Assembly: GCA_964642015.1 (NCBI GenBank)
Contig: CAZXLF010000002.1
Location: 287,678-351,677 of the forward strand
Reading direction: 5' to 3'
Source of the DNA: an uncultured Planctomycetia bacterium
GTDB lineage: Bacteria > Omnitrophota > Gorgyraeia > 2-02-FULL-51-18
Length of the DNA: 64,000 nucleotides
Below are positions 33,179-44,100 of this stretch, one piece after another (position 1 is the first letter of the stretch; each line of letters opens with the position of its first letter). The position numbers were made by a program, and so were the translations under genes. The notes under the pieces were generated by a model. It made no database searches. It saw only the letters and a list, made by a program, of their open reading frames with translations, and was not told the DNA's origin.

Positions 33179-34201
33179 ATGAAGAAGAAATCAAAATACA
33201 ATGTCGCTGTGATGGGCGCTACAGGCGCTGTCGGCGAGGAGATGTTGAAGATCCTTGAGCAGAGAAATTTTCCGGTAGATAAACTTGTTCTGCTTGCATC
33301 GGCGCGTTCGGTCGGAAAAAAATATCGATTTAAAGACAAAGAGATCGCGGTCCAAGAATTGAAAGAGGATTCGTTCAAGGATATCGACATTGTCCTGGCG
33401 AGCGCCGGTGGATCGATCTCAAAAAAATTCGCTCCATTCGCATTAAAAGAAGGCGCTGTGGTTATCGACAATACAAGCGCCTTCCGCATGGACCCTGCGG
33501 TGCCTCTTGTGGTACCCGAGATCAACCCGCAGGATATCAAAAAACATAAAGGCATTATCGCCAATCCCAATTGCTCGACGATCATCATGCTAGTGCCTAT
33601 TTTTCCGATACATCGTGTGAACCGGATCAAACGTATACTCGTTTCTACTTATCAGGCTGCTTCAGGCGCCGGCGCCAAAGCAATGAAGGAGCTTGAAGAT
33701 CAATCGCGTGATGTACTGGCTGGCCGAACTCCAAAAAAAGAGGTATTCCCTCATCAGATCGCGTTCAACCTTTTCTCTCACAATAGCGCCATTAAAGATG
33801 AGGGGTACAACGAAGAAGAAATTAAGATGATCAAGGAAACGAAAAAGATCTTTCACGACGATAAAATAAAGATCGTCTCAACGACCGTGCGTGTGCCGGT
33901 TTTCAGGGCTCATTCTGAATCGATCTATCTTGAGCTAGCGAAGAAGCCGGATCTAAACCGCATTTCAAAGCTTTTGTCCAAAGCGCCCGGCGTGAAAGTC
34001 GTCGATGATAGGGAAAAGAATTATTTCCCGATGCCACTTGAGGCCTCCGGCAATGATGATGTGCTGGTGGGGCGCATCCGTAAAGATCTTTCGTCCCCGA
34101 ATGGTCTTTGTCTTTTTGTCGCGGGGGATCAGCTGAGAAAAGGCGCTGCGCTCAATGCGGTGCAGATCGCTGAAATACTGTGCGGATTAAAAACCCGCTG
34201 A
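33179..34201 (+). CDS. asd: aspartate-semialdehyde dehydrogenase
   Basis: VAVMGATGAVGEEMLKIL (NADP), active-site IANPNCSTIIM, C-terminal dimerisation domain. Confidence 0.9.
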   Translation: MKKKSKYNVAVMGATGAVGEEMLKILEQRNFPVDKLVLLASARSVGKKYRFKDKEIAVQELKEDSFKDIDIVLASAGGSISKKFAPFALKEGAVVIDNTSAFRMDPAVPLVVPEINPQDIKKHKGIIANPNCSTIIMLVPIFPIHRVNRIKRILVSTYQAASGAGAKAMKELEDQSRDVLAGRTPKKEVFPHQIAFNLFSHNSAIKDEGYNEEEIKMIKETKKIFHDDKIKIVSTTVRVPVFRAHSESIYLELAKKPDLNRISKLLSKAPGVKVVDDREKNYFPMPLEASGNDDVLVGRIRKDLSSPNGLCLFVAGDQLRKGAALNAVQIAEILCGLKTR

Positions 34202-34208
34202 AATATTC

Positions 34209-34943
34209 GTGCGGACTGTCCGGCTGACAATCGGCTTTCAGGGCACCCGCTACGAGGGCTGGCAAAGTCAGAAAAAAGGCAATACAGTCCAGGAGATATT
34301 CGAGAAGTATCTCCAAAAGATCCTCAAAGAAAAAACAGATCTTATTTCAAGCTCCCGTACCGACAGCGGAGTCCATGCGCTGGGACTTGTCGCTCACTTC
34401 AGCACTTCATCCAAGCTTCCGGACCAAAAGATCAAACATGCGCTAAATTTTTATCTTCCGCGCGATATCGTGGTGCATTCGACTCAAACAGCGACCCACA
34501 GATTTCACGCGCGCTATCACGCCAGATCAAAGATCTACCGTTACGATATATACAATAAAAAAACTCGCCCGCTTTTTGAGGCGCCTTATGTGCTTTGGCA
34601 TCCGGATTTTTTGGATGTACGTGCAATGAGCAAAGCCGCCGTATATTTAAAAGGAAAACATGATTTCAGCACGTTCCATGATAAGGGGGATGATAAAAAA
34701 AGTTCCGTTCGCACGATCAAACGACTGACGATCAGGAGAACCAAAGGCCTTATCCGTATCGAGATCGAGGCTGACGGTTTTCTGCGGCACATGGTGCGTG
34801 TGATCGCAGGGACTTTGATTGAAGTCGGCCGAAAAAAGATCGCACCGGAGAAAGTGAAAGATATTCTTCATTCAAAGGACCGCTCCCAGGCCGGTCCAAC
34901 TGCCAAACCCCATGGCTTAATGCTCGTGAAGGTGAAATACTGA
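34209..34943 (+). CDS. truA: tRNA pseudouridine(38-40) synthase
   Basis: Catalytic Asp context SSSRTDSGVHALGLVAHF and RHMVRVIAGTL. 244 aa. GTG start. Confidence 0.85.
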   Translation: MRTVRLTIGFQGTRYEGWQSQKKGNTVQEIFEKYLQKILKEKTDLISSSRTDSGVHALGLVAHFSTSSKLPDQKIKHALNFYLPRDIVVHSTQTATHRFHARYHARSKIYRYDIYNKKTRPLFEAPYVLWHPDFLDVRAMSKAAVYLKGKHDFSTFHDKGDDKKSSVRTIKRLTIRRTKGLIRIEIEADGFLRHMVRVIAGTLIEVGRKKIAPEKVKDILHSKDRSQAGPTAKPHGLMLVKVKY

Positions 34944-35088
34944 CGGGGCATTTTTTCGCTTAACTTGTCTTTAGGAGCCTGCTAGCCATTCGGCACTTGG
35001 CAGCGAATCAACACATTTAAATCTATTTAAGCAAAACCTATCGGATGTTATATTATCAAAATAAATATGATTATTTATCAAATTCGGC

Positions 35089-35117
35089 TTGACAAAAGCG
35101 AAAGAGGCATGTAATCT
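35089..35117 (+). promoter_or_regulatory. sigma70-like promoter for the giant gene
   Basis: TTGACA (35089-35094), 17-nt spacer, TAATCT (35112-35117), in an AT-rich 225-nt intergenic region about 50 nt upstream of the 35169 start. Confidence 0.45.
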
Positions 35118-35168
35118 TCGATGCATGACCATCAAACACATTCAAGAAAGCCAACCCAGAGGACTTGA

Positions 35169-38100
35169 GTGATGAAAATAAAAACCCGCCTGATAGAGAA
35201 ATTATGTCTGAAAAGTGTCGCCGTTTCTTTGATCCTATCTTTTTCGTTCTCTCAGCTTGTTTGGGCCGTCGATGTGCGACAGATGATCCTGGATGCCGAG
35301 AGCTCATTTGACCAAGATACGCGCAGATCAGGAAATTTGACGCCGACGAATCTTACGACCGCTCAGACACAGGCCCAGACCACAGTTGACCAACAGCAAG
35401 CGCTGCAAGATCTGCAGAACACAAATTTCAGTCTCACCACCAAGAACGGGGATGTTCTCCAATACGTAGGGAATGTTTTAAACAAAGTACAGCGTCCTGA
35501 CGGTACTTTGCTGAACAATATACAAGTCGACGCCAATGGGAATATCACGAATGCCAACCTGAAACTTTCTGATGGATCTATTCAAATATTTCAAAATGGG
35601 CAGGTGATTGGCTACGGAACACCGGATGGAAACACGGTAGTTTATTCTGCCGGTCAAATTCAACAAGTCATATCCAAAACCGGCATCGTGACGAACTATT
35701 CCTATATCAAAGATTCGTTGGGCAATGTTATCGAGACAGATCTGGATAATACTTCCTATACCACTAAATACGACGCCAATAATAAGTTGAAAGAAGTTTA
35801 TGATAAGGTAGCGGGTTCAAGGACTACCTACACGAACGGCGTTATCCAAAAAACCGTTAAATCTGACGGAAGCCAGATCCTTTATAATAGTGCGGTCCAG
35901 CCCAATGGTGATATTATCGTCACACCCCCCAATTCCAATTCAAGCACTTATACCGATACCCAGGGCAATATTTTCACATTTATTTCCGGCAACGTTTCAA
36001 CAATAAAGCTTAAAGATGGATCTATTCTCGATAGCATTGTTTGGGACGCTTCCAATGCTGTTCAAAGTGCGAACCTCACGGCGGCGGACGGGACTAAATA
36101 TGTTTATCAAAATAAACAATTAACTCGTTCGACCGATCCAACAGGCGTGGTTACTAATTACACATACACATCAACAAATATTGTCGTTGCTTCAGCGGGA
36201 AGCACATGGGTTTATGATCCGAATAAAAATCCGATCTCTTATACGGATCTTTCAGGAAATACAACGACCTATCTTACGTCGGGTGCTTTTAAGGGTTTAA
36301 AAGACAGGGATATCTTGTCAACAGGTCAGACTTTTGTTTATGAATATTCGCAGAATTCTTCCGGCGTTATCTCGGTGCAAAAAAGAGAAGTCCATTTACA
36401 GACGTACAATGTGACTACTTATTCGGGAACGGCTCTTTTGGCTTCAAATAATCCCTATCTTTTATTCGACGCGCGATTTGAAAATGACAATAGCTTTGAT
36501 CCCAAGATCAGCGCCAGCGCCACTGGCACCGGCAAAAGTCTGGCTGTAAACCTAGTAGCGGGATCTACGGGGTCTAGTTTTACTTTCAATGGAGTGGTCA
36601 CTGCATTAAATGTGTCAGTCGCGAAAGGCACGACTTATAACGTAGAGATACGTTGGGAGACAGGCAGGATAGGCATTTATGTTTATCCCAAAGGGACGAC
36701 CCGACCTTCAACTCCCCAGGGTATCGTGACGGATCGAAGCTGGGACCCCACATTTAAATTTAGCGGCCAAAACGCATATGTCGGGTATACCTATGATTCC
36801 GCTACGTGGCCTTGGAGTCAACGGGGCGCGTTCAGTGTGGTCACTACATCCAACGCTCAGAGTTATGCTTATCTTCCGGGAACTCCGGCAGAAAAAATCA
36901 CTCTGAATTTAAATGGCAGTTATCAAGCTATTTCATTGACGACCAAGCAATATCTATCCGGAATTTACAGGACTATTACGTTCGGTTGGAATGCCAGTAA
37001 TAGTATTTGGAACACAAAAGTATCCGACTGGAATTCTTCGACGAATGTGACCACTATTGTTTCTACCGGCACCGTGGCTCAGACGCTGACCTCGGGCACG
37101 GATTATGTGTTTGACCTTAGGATCGAGGGCGCTTACTTGAACGGTTATGTTTATTTGAAAGGGCAAGCCAGACCGTCTACGCCCACATTGTCGGTATCAG
37201 CGCTGAGCGCCTCGACGGATTACGAGGCGATCGTGTGGGGCTCCGCTTCTACCAAGACCGAGCTTTATAAAAATCTGACAGCGCCGACTTACTCAGCGGC
37301 TGCTTTTCAGGCGAAGCCGGTGACCGCTCTGATCGATACAGTTAAAAATCTTACGATCACAAAACCCGCGGCGCCATCTTCGAATCCTACGGATTATTCA
37401 TCTATCACTTACAGTTCGGATTCAAAGATCAAACAAATAGTCAAGACCGACAACTCAAAATATATTTTCCAAAACGGCCTTTTAACGCAAGTGCTGGATC
37501 CTTCCGGAAATCCGACAAATTTCAATTTTACCCAAAGCATTTTTTCTAACATTACCGGCTCTGAGATTGTTCAAAATAATCTGGATTCAAAATATGACGG
37601 TTCGGGTAATCTGTCGCAGATAAAAATTAATGACATCACGATCCATTACCTGCCCGGCTCGACTCAGATCGATTACATCGAGAAAACCGACGGCACTCAG
37701 CTTCATAATTTGGTTTTCGATGCCTCGGGCAATATTATAGGCGCGGACATCACCGCGCCAACGGGGGAGATAAGAAGTTATCAAAACGGCCAGCTTATTG
37801 ATCTGACGCAAACGGATAATTCGCAGATCTTTTATGCGAATGCCAAACCTTTGAAGATAGTCACGCCGGATAAGCTGACTTACAATTTCGACTACACGAC
37901 GCCGAATATCGTTCAAGCGGTCTTGGATCCCTCGATTGTACCCTCCGACGCGCTTACTCCGGTAAAGATGCAGTATGACACAAATTTTAATCTGACAAAA
38001 GTTATCCGGCAGAATAATCAGATCTTGAATTATTTAAACAATAGTTTGACCGAGATCGATGCACCCTCTGCGGCGCCGCAGATCTTTGCTTATCAGAAAG

Positions 38101-41100
38101 ATGCAAATGGGAATATTCTTTCTTACACGGTGACACAGGGGAACATAGTGACCACCTATGATCCGAACAATAATCCGGTCAGCGCTGTGGTTAACCCAAC
38201 GTCGGATAACCCTCATACGTTGGCAGCGGCTTATCAATACGGAAAGATCCGTCAGATCAAAAAGGACGGTGTTGTGACCTTCAATTATACTTATGCATTC
38301 GATGCGTCAAACAATGAAATAACACAGGTTGACGACCTGGAAGAAAACACTTTCAGAACTTATCAGAGCGGAAATCTTGTGACTTCGCTCGATAGGAGCA
38401 CCTCTTTATTATCCACTTACGTTTATGTCGGCGGTCAGGTTTCTCAGGTCCAGGTTTCACGCCTGGGAAGGAATTTGCATATTTACAATTATAGTTATAG
38501 CGGCGGAATGACGGTTGTGACGGACGACGAGGGAACGATCCGGACTTATGATGCCAATAAACAGCTTTTGTATCTTGAAAAGAATGGACAAAAATTCCAG
38601 TATATTTACACAACTTCCACCAAGACGAATCCTATAACGATACAAACCGTTCTGCCTGTGACTACGCTCAGTCAGGTTTCTCAAAGTACGGGCTCTAATT
38701 CCTGGCAGCAGTGGCAAGTCAATTCTTCAGAAGGTTCTTTGGGTATCGCTTCTTGGGGATGGGTGACGTACAACGCGACGCTTTCGCAGGCGTCGGACTT
38801 AAAAATAGAATTTGATTCCTCAAATTTCAGCGGCAATGTGCCGTCGGGGTATCAATTCAATCTGGACATCGCCGTTGACGGAGTATCAAAGACCCAATAT
38901 TGGACTCCTGTCGTTGTTGCCGGTTGGACGGCCAATTCATTAACGCTGACCGGTCTGAGCTCCGGTACGCACGCGGTCAAGATCACCTGGCTCAATGATT
39001 ATTACGTCGCGAATCAATACGATGCTAATTTTAAATTCCGTAATCTCAAGATGACGCAGATCAACACGACGACCACGACGACCAGTGACCCGATCACGCA
39101 AGAGAACTTGATCGAACAAAAGCTTTCCGACGGTTCGGTCGCTCATTATAGCAATGGGGCCATTTCTTCAATTACGAGACCGGATGGTTCAGTGATATCA
39201 GACCTTACGCTTGATTCGAACGGCCAGGTTACAAAAGGGACCGTCACTTTGTCTAATGGCATCAAAAAAATATTTAATGGCACTTCTATTTTGGAAGAGA
39301 TCGATCCTGATGGAACGCACTTTTATTTTTCCAATAACGAAATTTCCAAAGTCGTTGATACTTTGGGTAAGACATTCAATTACACTTACGACACAGATGC
39401 CGCCGGAAATGTGATAGATGCTTGGCTGGATTCCGGGAGCGGAGCGTTATTAAAATACGATCCGAACGGAAATTTGCTCGGGTTTAAACCGAATAATCTG
39501 TCTCCTTATATCAATGGTCAGGTGAGTTTCAGTGATTCAAGCAGTGCTCAATATGCGATCACCAGATCCGCAACCGCGCGTTTGGATGCCGGACTTCCTG
39601 TTTTTGGATCTGGCTCGGCTTATTTTGACGGAACAAGTTATCTATCGGTCCCGCATACTGGTGATTGGGATTTTGGGACAGGCGATTTTACGGTAGATTT
39701 TCAGGCAAGATTTCGCGATACAACCTCCACCCAAGCTTTATTCTCGATCGGTGATTATGCGTCCAATGGTTTGACGCTTTACTATACAAACGGGAATTTA
39801 AATATCCATATTAACAGTGCCGCCGTTAGCAAGTCCATCGCATGGACGCCCGTCCAGAACCAGTGGTATCACTTTGCTTTGGTGCGCACGGGCGCTGCCG
39901 TAAAATTATTCGTTAATGGCACTCAAGCCGGAACAGATCTTACAAATTCATCAAATATATCCGGTTCGGCAACCGGCGTATATATCGGAGCGCTTTACAG
40001 CGGCGGCACCGGAAATTATTTGAATGGAAATATTGATGAATTCAGGATATCAAAAGGTATCGCGCGTTGGACGTCCAATTTCACTCCGTCGACTCAAGCC
40101 TACACGGCGGATAGTAACGCAAAGCTTTTGCTGCATTTCGACGGTACAGAGGACAAATATTTTTATAAGTTCAATGTCCAGAAAGACGCTTCCGGAAATC
40201 TTACAGGATATTCTTTTGACGGAGCCGGAGGAAAAATGTCTTATGATGCCCAGGGAAATTTTATTTCTACGACATTGAGTTCTTCTGACCCCGGTCTGAC
40301 GTATTTTGCCGATTCCAGTCTGACCAAATATACCTCGATGCCCTTTGGGAATGTGCATCTGGATCCTACTCAATCTAAGCTGGGTTCATCGTCGGTGCTT
40401 TTTGACGGTTCAAGTTATATTGCCGTTCCAAATAGTGATGACTGGGACCTTGGGACCGGAGATTTTACGATAGACAGCTTTGTGAAGTTTAAAAGCACGG
40501 CCGGTACTCAGTGGCTTGCGCAGATCGGTAATTACAGCTCTCACGGGGTCGGTCTTTATTTTGTATCCAATACGATCTATGCGCATGTGACAAGCTTGAC
40601 CTACACCTTGTCGGCGGCCTGGACGCCCAGCGTAAACACTTGGTATCACGTAGCGTTGCTGAGAAGCGGATCGGCGCTGAATATCTACATCAACGGGGTG
40701 CAGCTCCCCGGAACGTCTAATTCGACAAATGTCACCGGAGTGACTGAAGGTGTCGGTGTCGGCGGTTCCAGCATCATGAATTCTTTTAATGGTTGGATGG
40801 ACGAATTCAGGATATCAAAAGGCCTCGCGCGTTGGACGGGGAATTTCACTCCGCCCACTCAACCGGATGTCGCGGACAGTTACACGAAACTTCTGATGCA
40901 TTTCGAGGATCAGGTGAGTGCGGATCTTTCCGGTATTTCGCAAAGCATGTCAGTCGTCAAATCGTCTACGATCACGCTGCCTTATAAATTGGTGCTCACT
41001 AATTTTTTGCCTGATGTGACCGCATGGTACGGGGATGCGCAGACGGCTTTACTTGATAACCAAACCGTTATAGCCAATGAATATTCTTCGGATGGCACGC

Positions 41101-44100
41101 TTCAAACTCAGACGAAAGCCGATGGGACTGTGACGCTATTTGACAATAACAAACCCTCCGAAGTTTTGAGTGCTGCCGGAGCGATCCTGATCCAATACAG
41201 TTATGACGCTGACGGAAATCCTTCGAGAGTCTATCTCAAAAATGCGCGCGACACCTTGCCGGAGGAGGTTTTAAAAGCCAAGCAATCCATCGAGCAGCAG
41301 CGCGCCTCATCTCTTCAGGCTCTTGCCGCTCAGAAAAATCTCGCATACCAATCGATCCAGACCCAAGTACAAGCTCAGAGGCAAGCGCTGCAGCAAAATC
41401 TAACCGATCTTCAAAATCAATATAATCAAGTCGCCAATACGCCCGCCAGCGGCAAAAGCGCCAAAAATGCCAGAGGCAATGTTTTAAATCAGATCGGCAC
41501 TCAAATGGATCTGGTGCGTTCCGCTCTGGTCACTTCATATCAGCAGGAGGCCGATGCCTATGCCGCGCTTGATGCGCAGGTGAAAGCCTCATCCGACAAA
41601 ATAGAAGCAGATTCACAGAGCGCTTTCACGGCACTCGCCACCCAAGAGGCGAATTTAAAGCAGCAGATCCTTCAGCAGGAAGTTTCGCCGATCGTTTATG
41701 ATTATTATCGCCGTTTGTTGGGCCGTGACCCTGCGACTATGGAATACAACTCTTGGATTGGAAAGGTCGATTATTCCTCAGGCAACACATTTGTAGAAGT
41801 AAAGACCACTGACGGCTCGCTCCTTACCGCGGCACTCAAGTCATCGATCAATTCTTCGCAGGAGCTCATTGACCGGCAGACTTACGTTCAAAATATCAAG
41901 AATGCTGTTACTTCATCGATCAACAGTTATCTGGCGATGACTCAAGCCAATCAACAGGCATTTGCCGCTTCGCTGGGATTATCAACGAACGACGTAATCA
42001 ATCTCACGTCGAGTGACGCCCAGAAAATTTTGACATGGCTTAATTCACGTTCGTTACATTTCGGACAGTCGGCTTTCTTATCTCTCGAATCACTCCTTGA
42101 CCAGAAGGGCATCACATATGACCGCCAGGATCTCGCCAAAAAATGTATCCTGGTCGATGTTCTCTCGGGAGTGATCACACCTTTGGATGATGGGGACCTT
42201 GTGATCTCGGTATTTGCGTTGAATAAAGTCGCCTCACTGTATGGCACGGGGCTTACCGCCGCCAATGTCAGTTACGACGATCTTTTAAGTTTATATGTCT
42301 CTCAGCCGACGGCACGCACGATCGCGCACATCAACGGTGATCATTTTGTGGTCATTACGGCTGTAACCAAAGACAACGTTACCTATATTGATCCCGGCAA
42401 AGGGGTGGATAAGCAAAATGAATCCGTGACGGTCTCCAAGATGGATTTTATGAAAACATTCAAAGGCAACGTGACTTTAGACAATTCAAAAGCGCAAGCT
42501 ATTGCGAATATTTCTTCCAAAACTCTATCGGTCGAACAGACTAAGAAGATCCGTGGAGCGTTTTTACCGCTTCTTATTGCAGCGATCTTCAGCGCGATCT
42601 CGTCCATTGGAAGCGCGGTTTTCGCGGTCGCCAACGGTATAGGGACTATCATTGCCGGCGTCGGCACGATTGTAAGCGGCGCTTTGAATGGCATCGGCCA
42701 GGCACTTTCTATTTTGGGGCAGAACCTGTCCTATATCGGCCAGGCGGTTTTTAACGGGATCAAATTTGCCGCGAGTACGATCTATAACCTTGGAAGTCAG
42801 ATCTTCGCGTCTTTTGCGGGCCAGACGCTTTTCCCGAGCTTGACGCAAGTGAGCTTCGGCAGCCAGCTTTTCCAGACTGCCGTAAATATTGGCGTTAATT
42901 TCGCCACGCAAAAAGGCCTTGATGCATTGGGCATAAATCCTCAGATCGCAAGTCTGGCTTCCGCATTTGTATCGGGAGGAACCGTCGGAAGTTTCAATAG
43001 CGGATTTAACGCGGCAAATTTCATCCAAAATGGGATCAAGACGCTTGCTTTAGTCAGTTCTCAAACACTGCTTCAGCGCGTGGGCCTCGACGCAAATCTT
43101 TCTTCAACGCTTTCTTTGATCGTGAGCCCGCTGGTGAATGGCATTCAGTCAGGGAATATCGGCGGTAGCCTTGTCAAAATAATCCCTGACCTGACAAAGA
43201 ATCTCTCGCTTTACGGAGTGGATAAATTAGGCACAAGCTTGGGTCTGGATGCGGGGATCTCATCCTTGGCCGGAGTTTCGCTGGTCAATGGGCTAAACGC
43301 GGCGTTTGGGGGAGGAACGAACGTTGGGCAGAGTGTTATCCAATCGATCCAAAGCGGACTAACTCAAGGCATCGTTCAATATGGATTGAATTTTGTAGGA
43401 AACTCAAACCCTATATTTGGTTCTTTGTTGAGTAGTGATATGGCTAAAAATATCGAGCTTGCGATTGGACGCGACGGATTATTTCAAACTGTATTCAATG
43501 TTCTCCAAAATACCGTATTGAATGCGGTGAATGTTGTTGGGGGAACGGTCCAATCGATCTTTACAGGCATCACTGATTTTGGTTCGCTCATCCAGCAAAA
43601 AGGTCTGCCCGGAGCTTTGCAGTATTATCTGAATTCCGTATTTAGTCGGAATACTCAAGAGACGATCCTGGCAGAAGGCGGGATACAATCAATATTCAAC
43701 AACACCGCGAAGACCGCGACTACACTGCCCGACGGAACAGCGGGTCAAGAGCTTAAGATCAGCGACTCGGCGTCATTGCTGTTTGATAATGCAGGAAATC
43801 TGAAAGGTAAAAAAGAAAACGGTGTTATTGAGTTAGGAACTTTCGGATTGGACTCTACGGGCAAATTTGGCCTTACAGCCGGACAGGTGACAGCTGTGTT
43901 GGCGCCGGACCTTAATTTAAGCGCACAAGTAAATGGCGGACAACTACAAACCGCGAGCGTCAAAGGTTCGGATGGGACTTCTGTTGTGGATATAAATCCA
44001 GAAAACACTAATCAACCGATTTATATCGAAGGCCCACAAACACAAACCTCAAACGCATCCCAGTCGTTTGATTTTTGGGGGGCGGTGTTGAAGCTTGTTC

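Noticed and set aside
32968-33630. 220-aa minus-strand ORF spanning the IPMDH/asd junction
   Set aside because: Antisense to two well-supported genes. The translation is Ser/Pro/Arg-rich low complexity.
35363-44008. Numerous 60-150-aa ORFs on both strands inside the giant gene (e.g. 42564..43028 -, 40050..40373 -)
   Set aside because: All are embedded in a continuous 10-kb reading frame with coherent domain content. The alternatives have no starts with RBS and low-complexity products.
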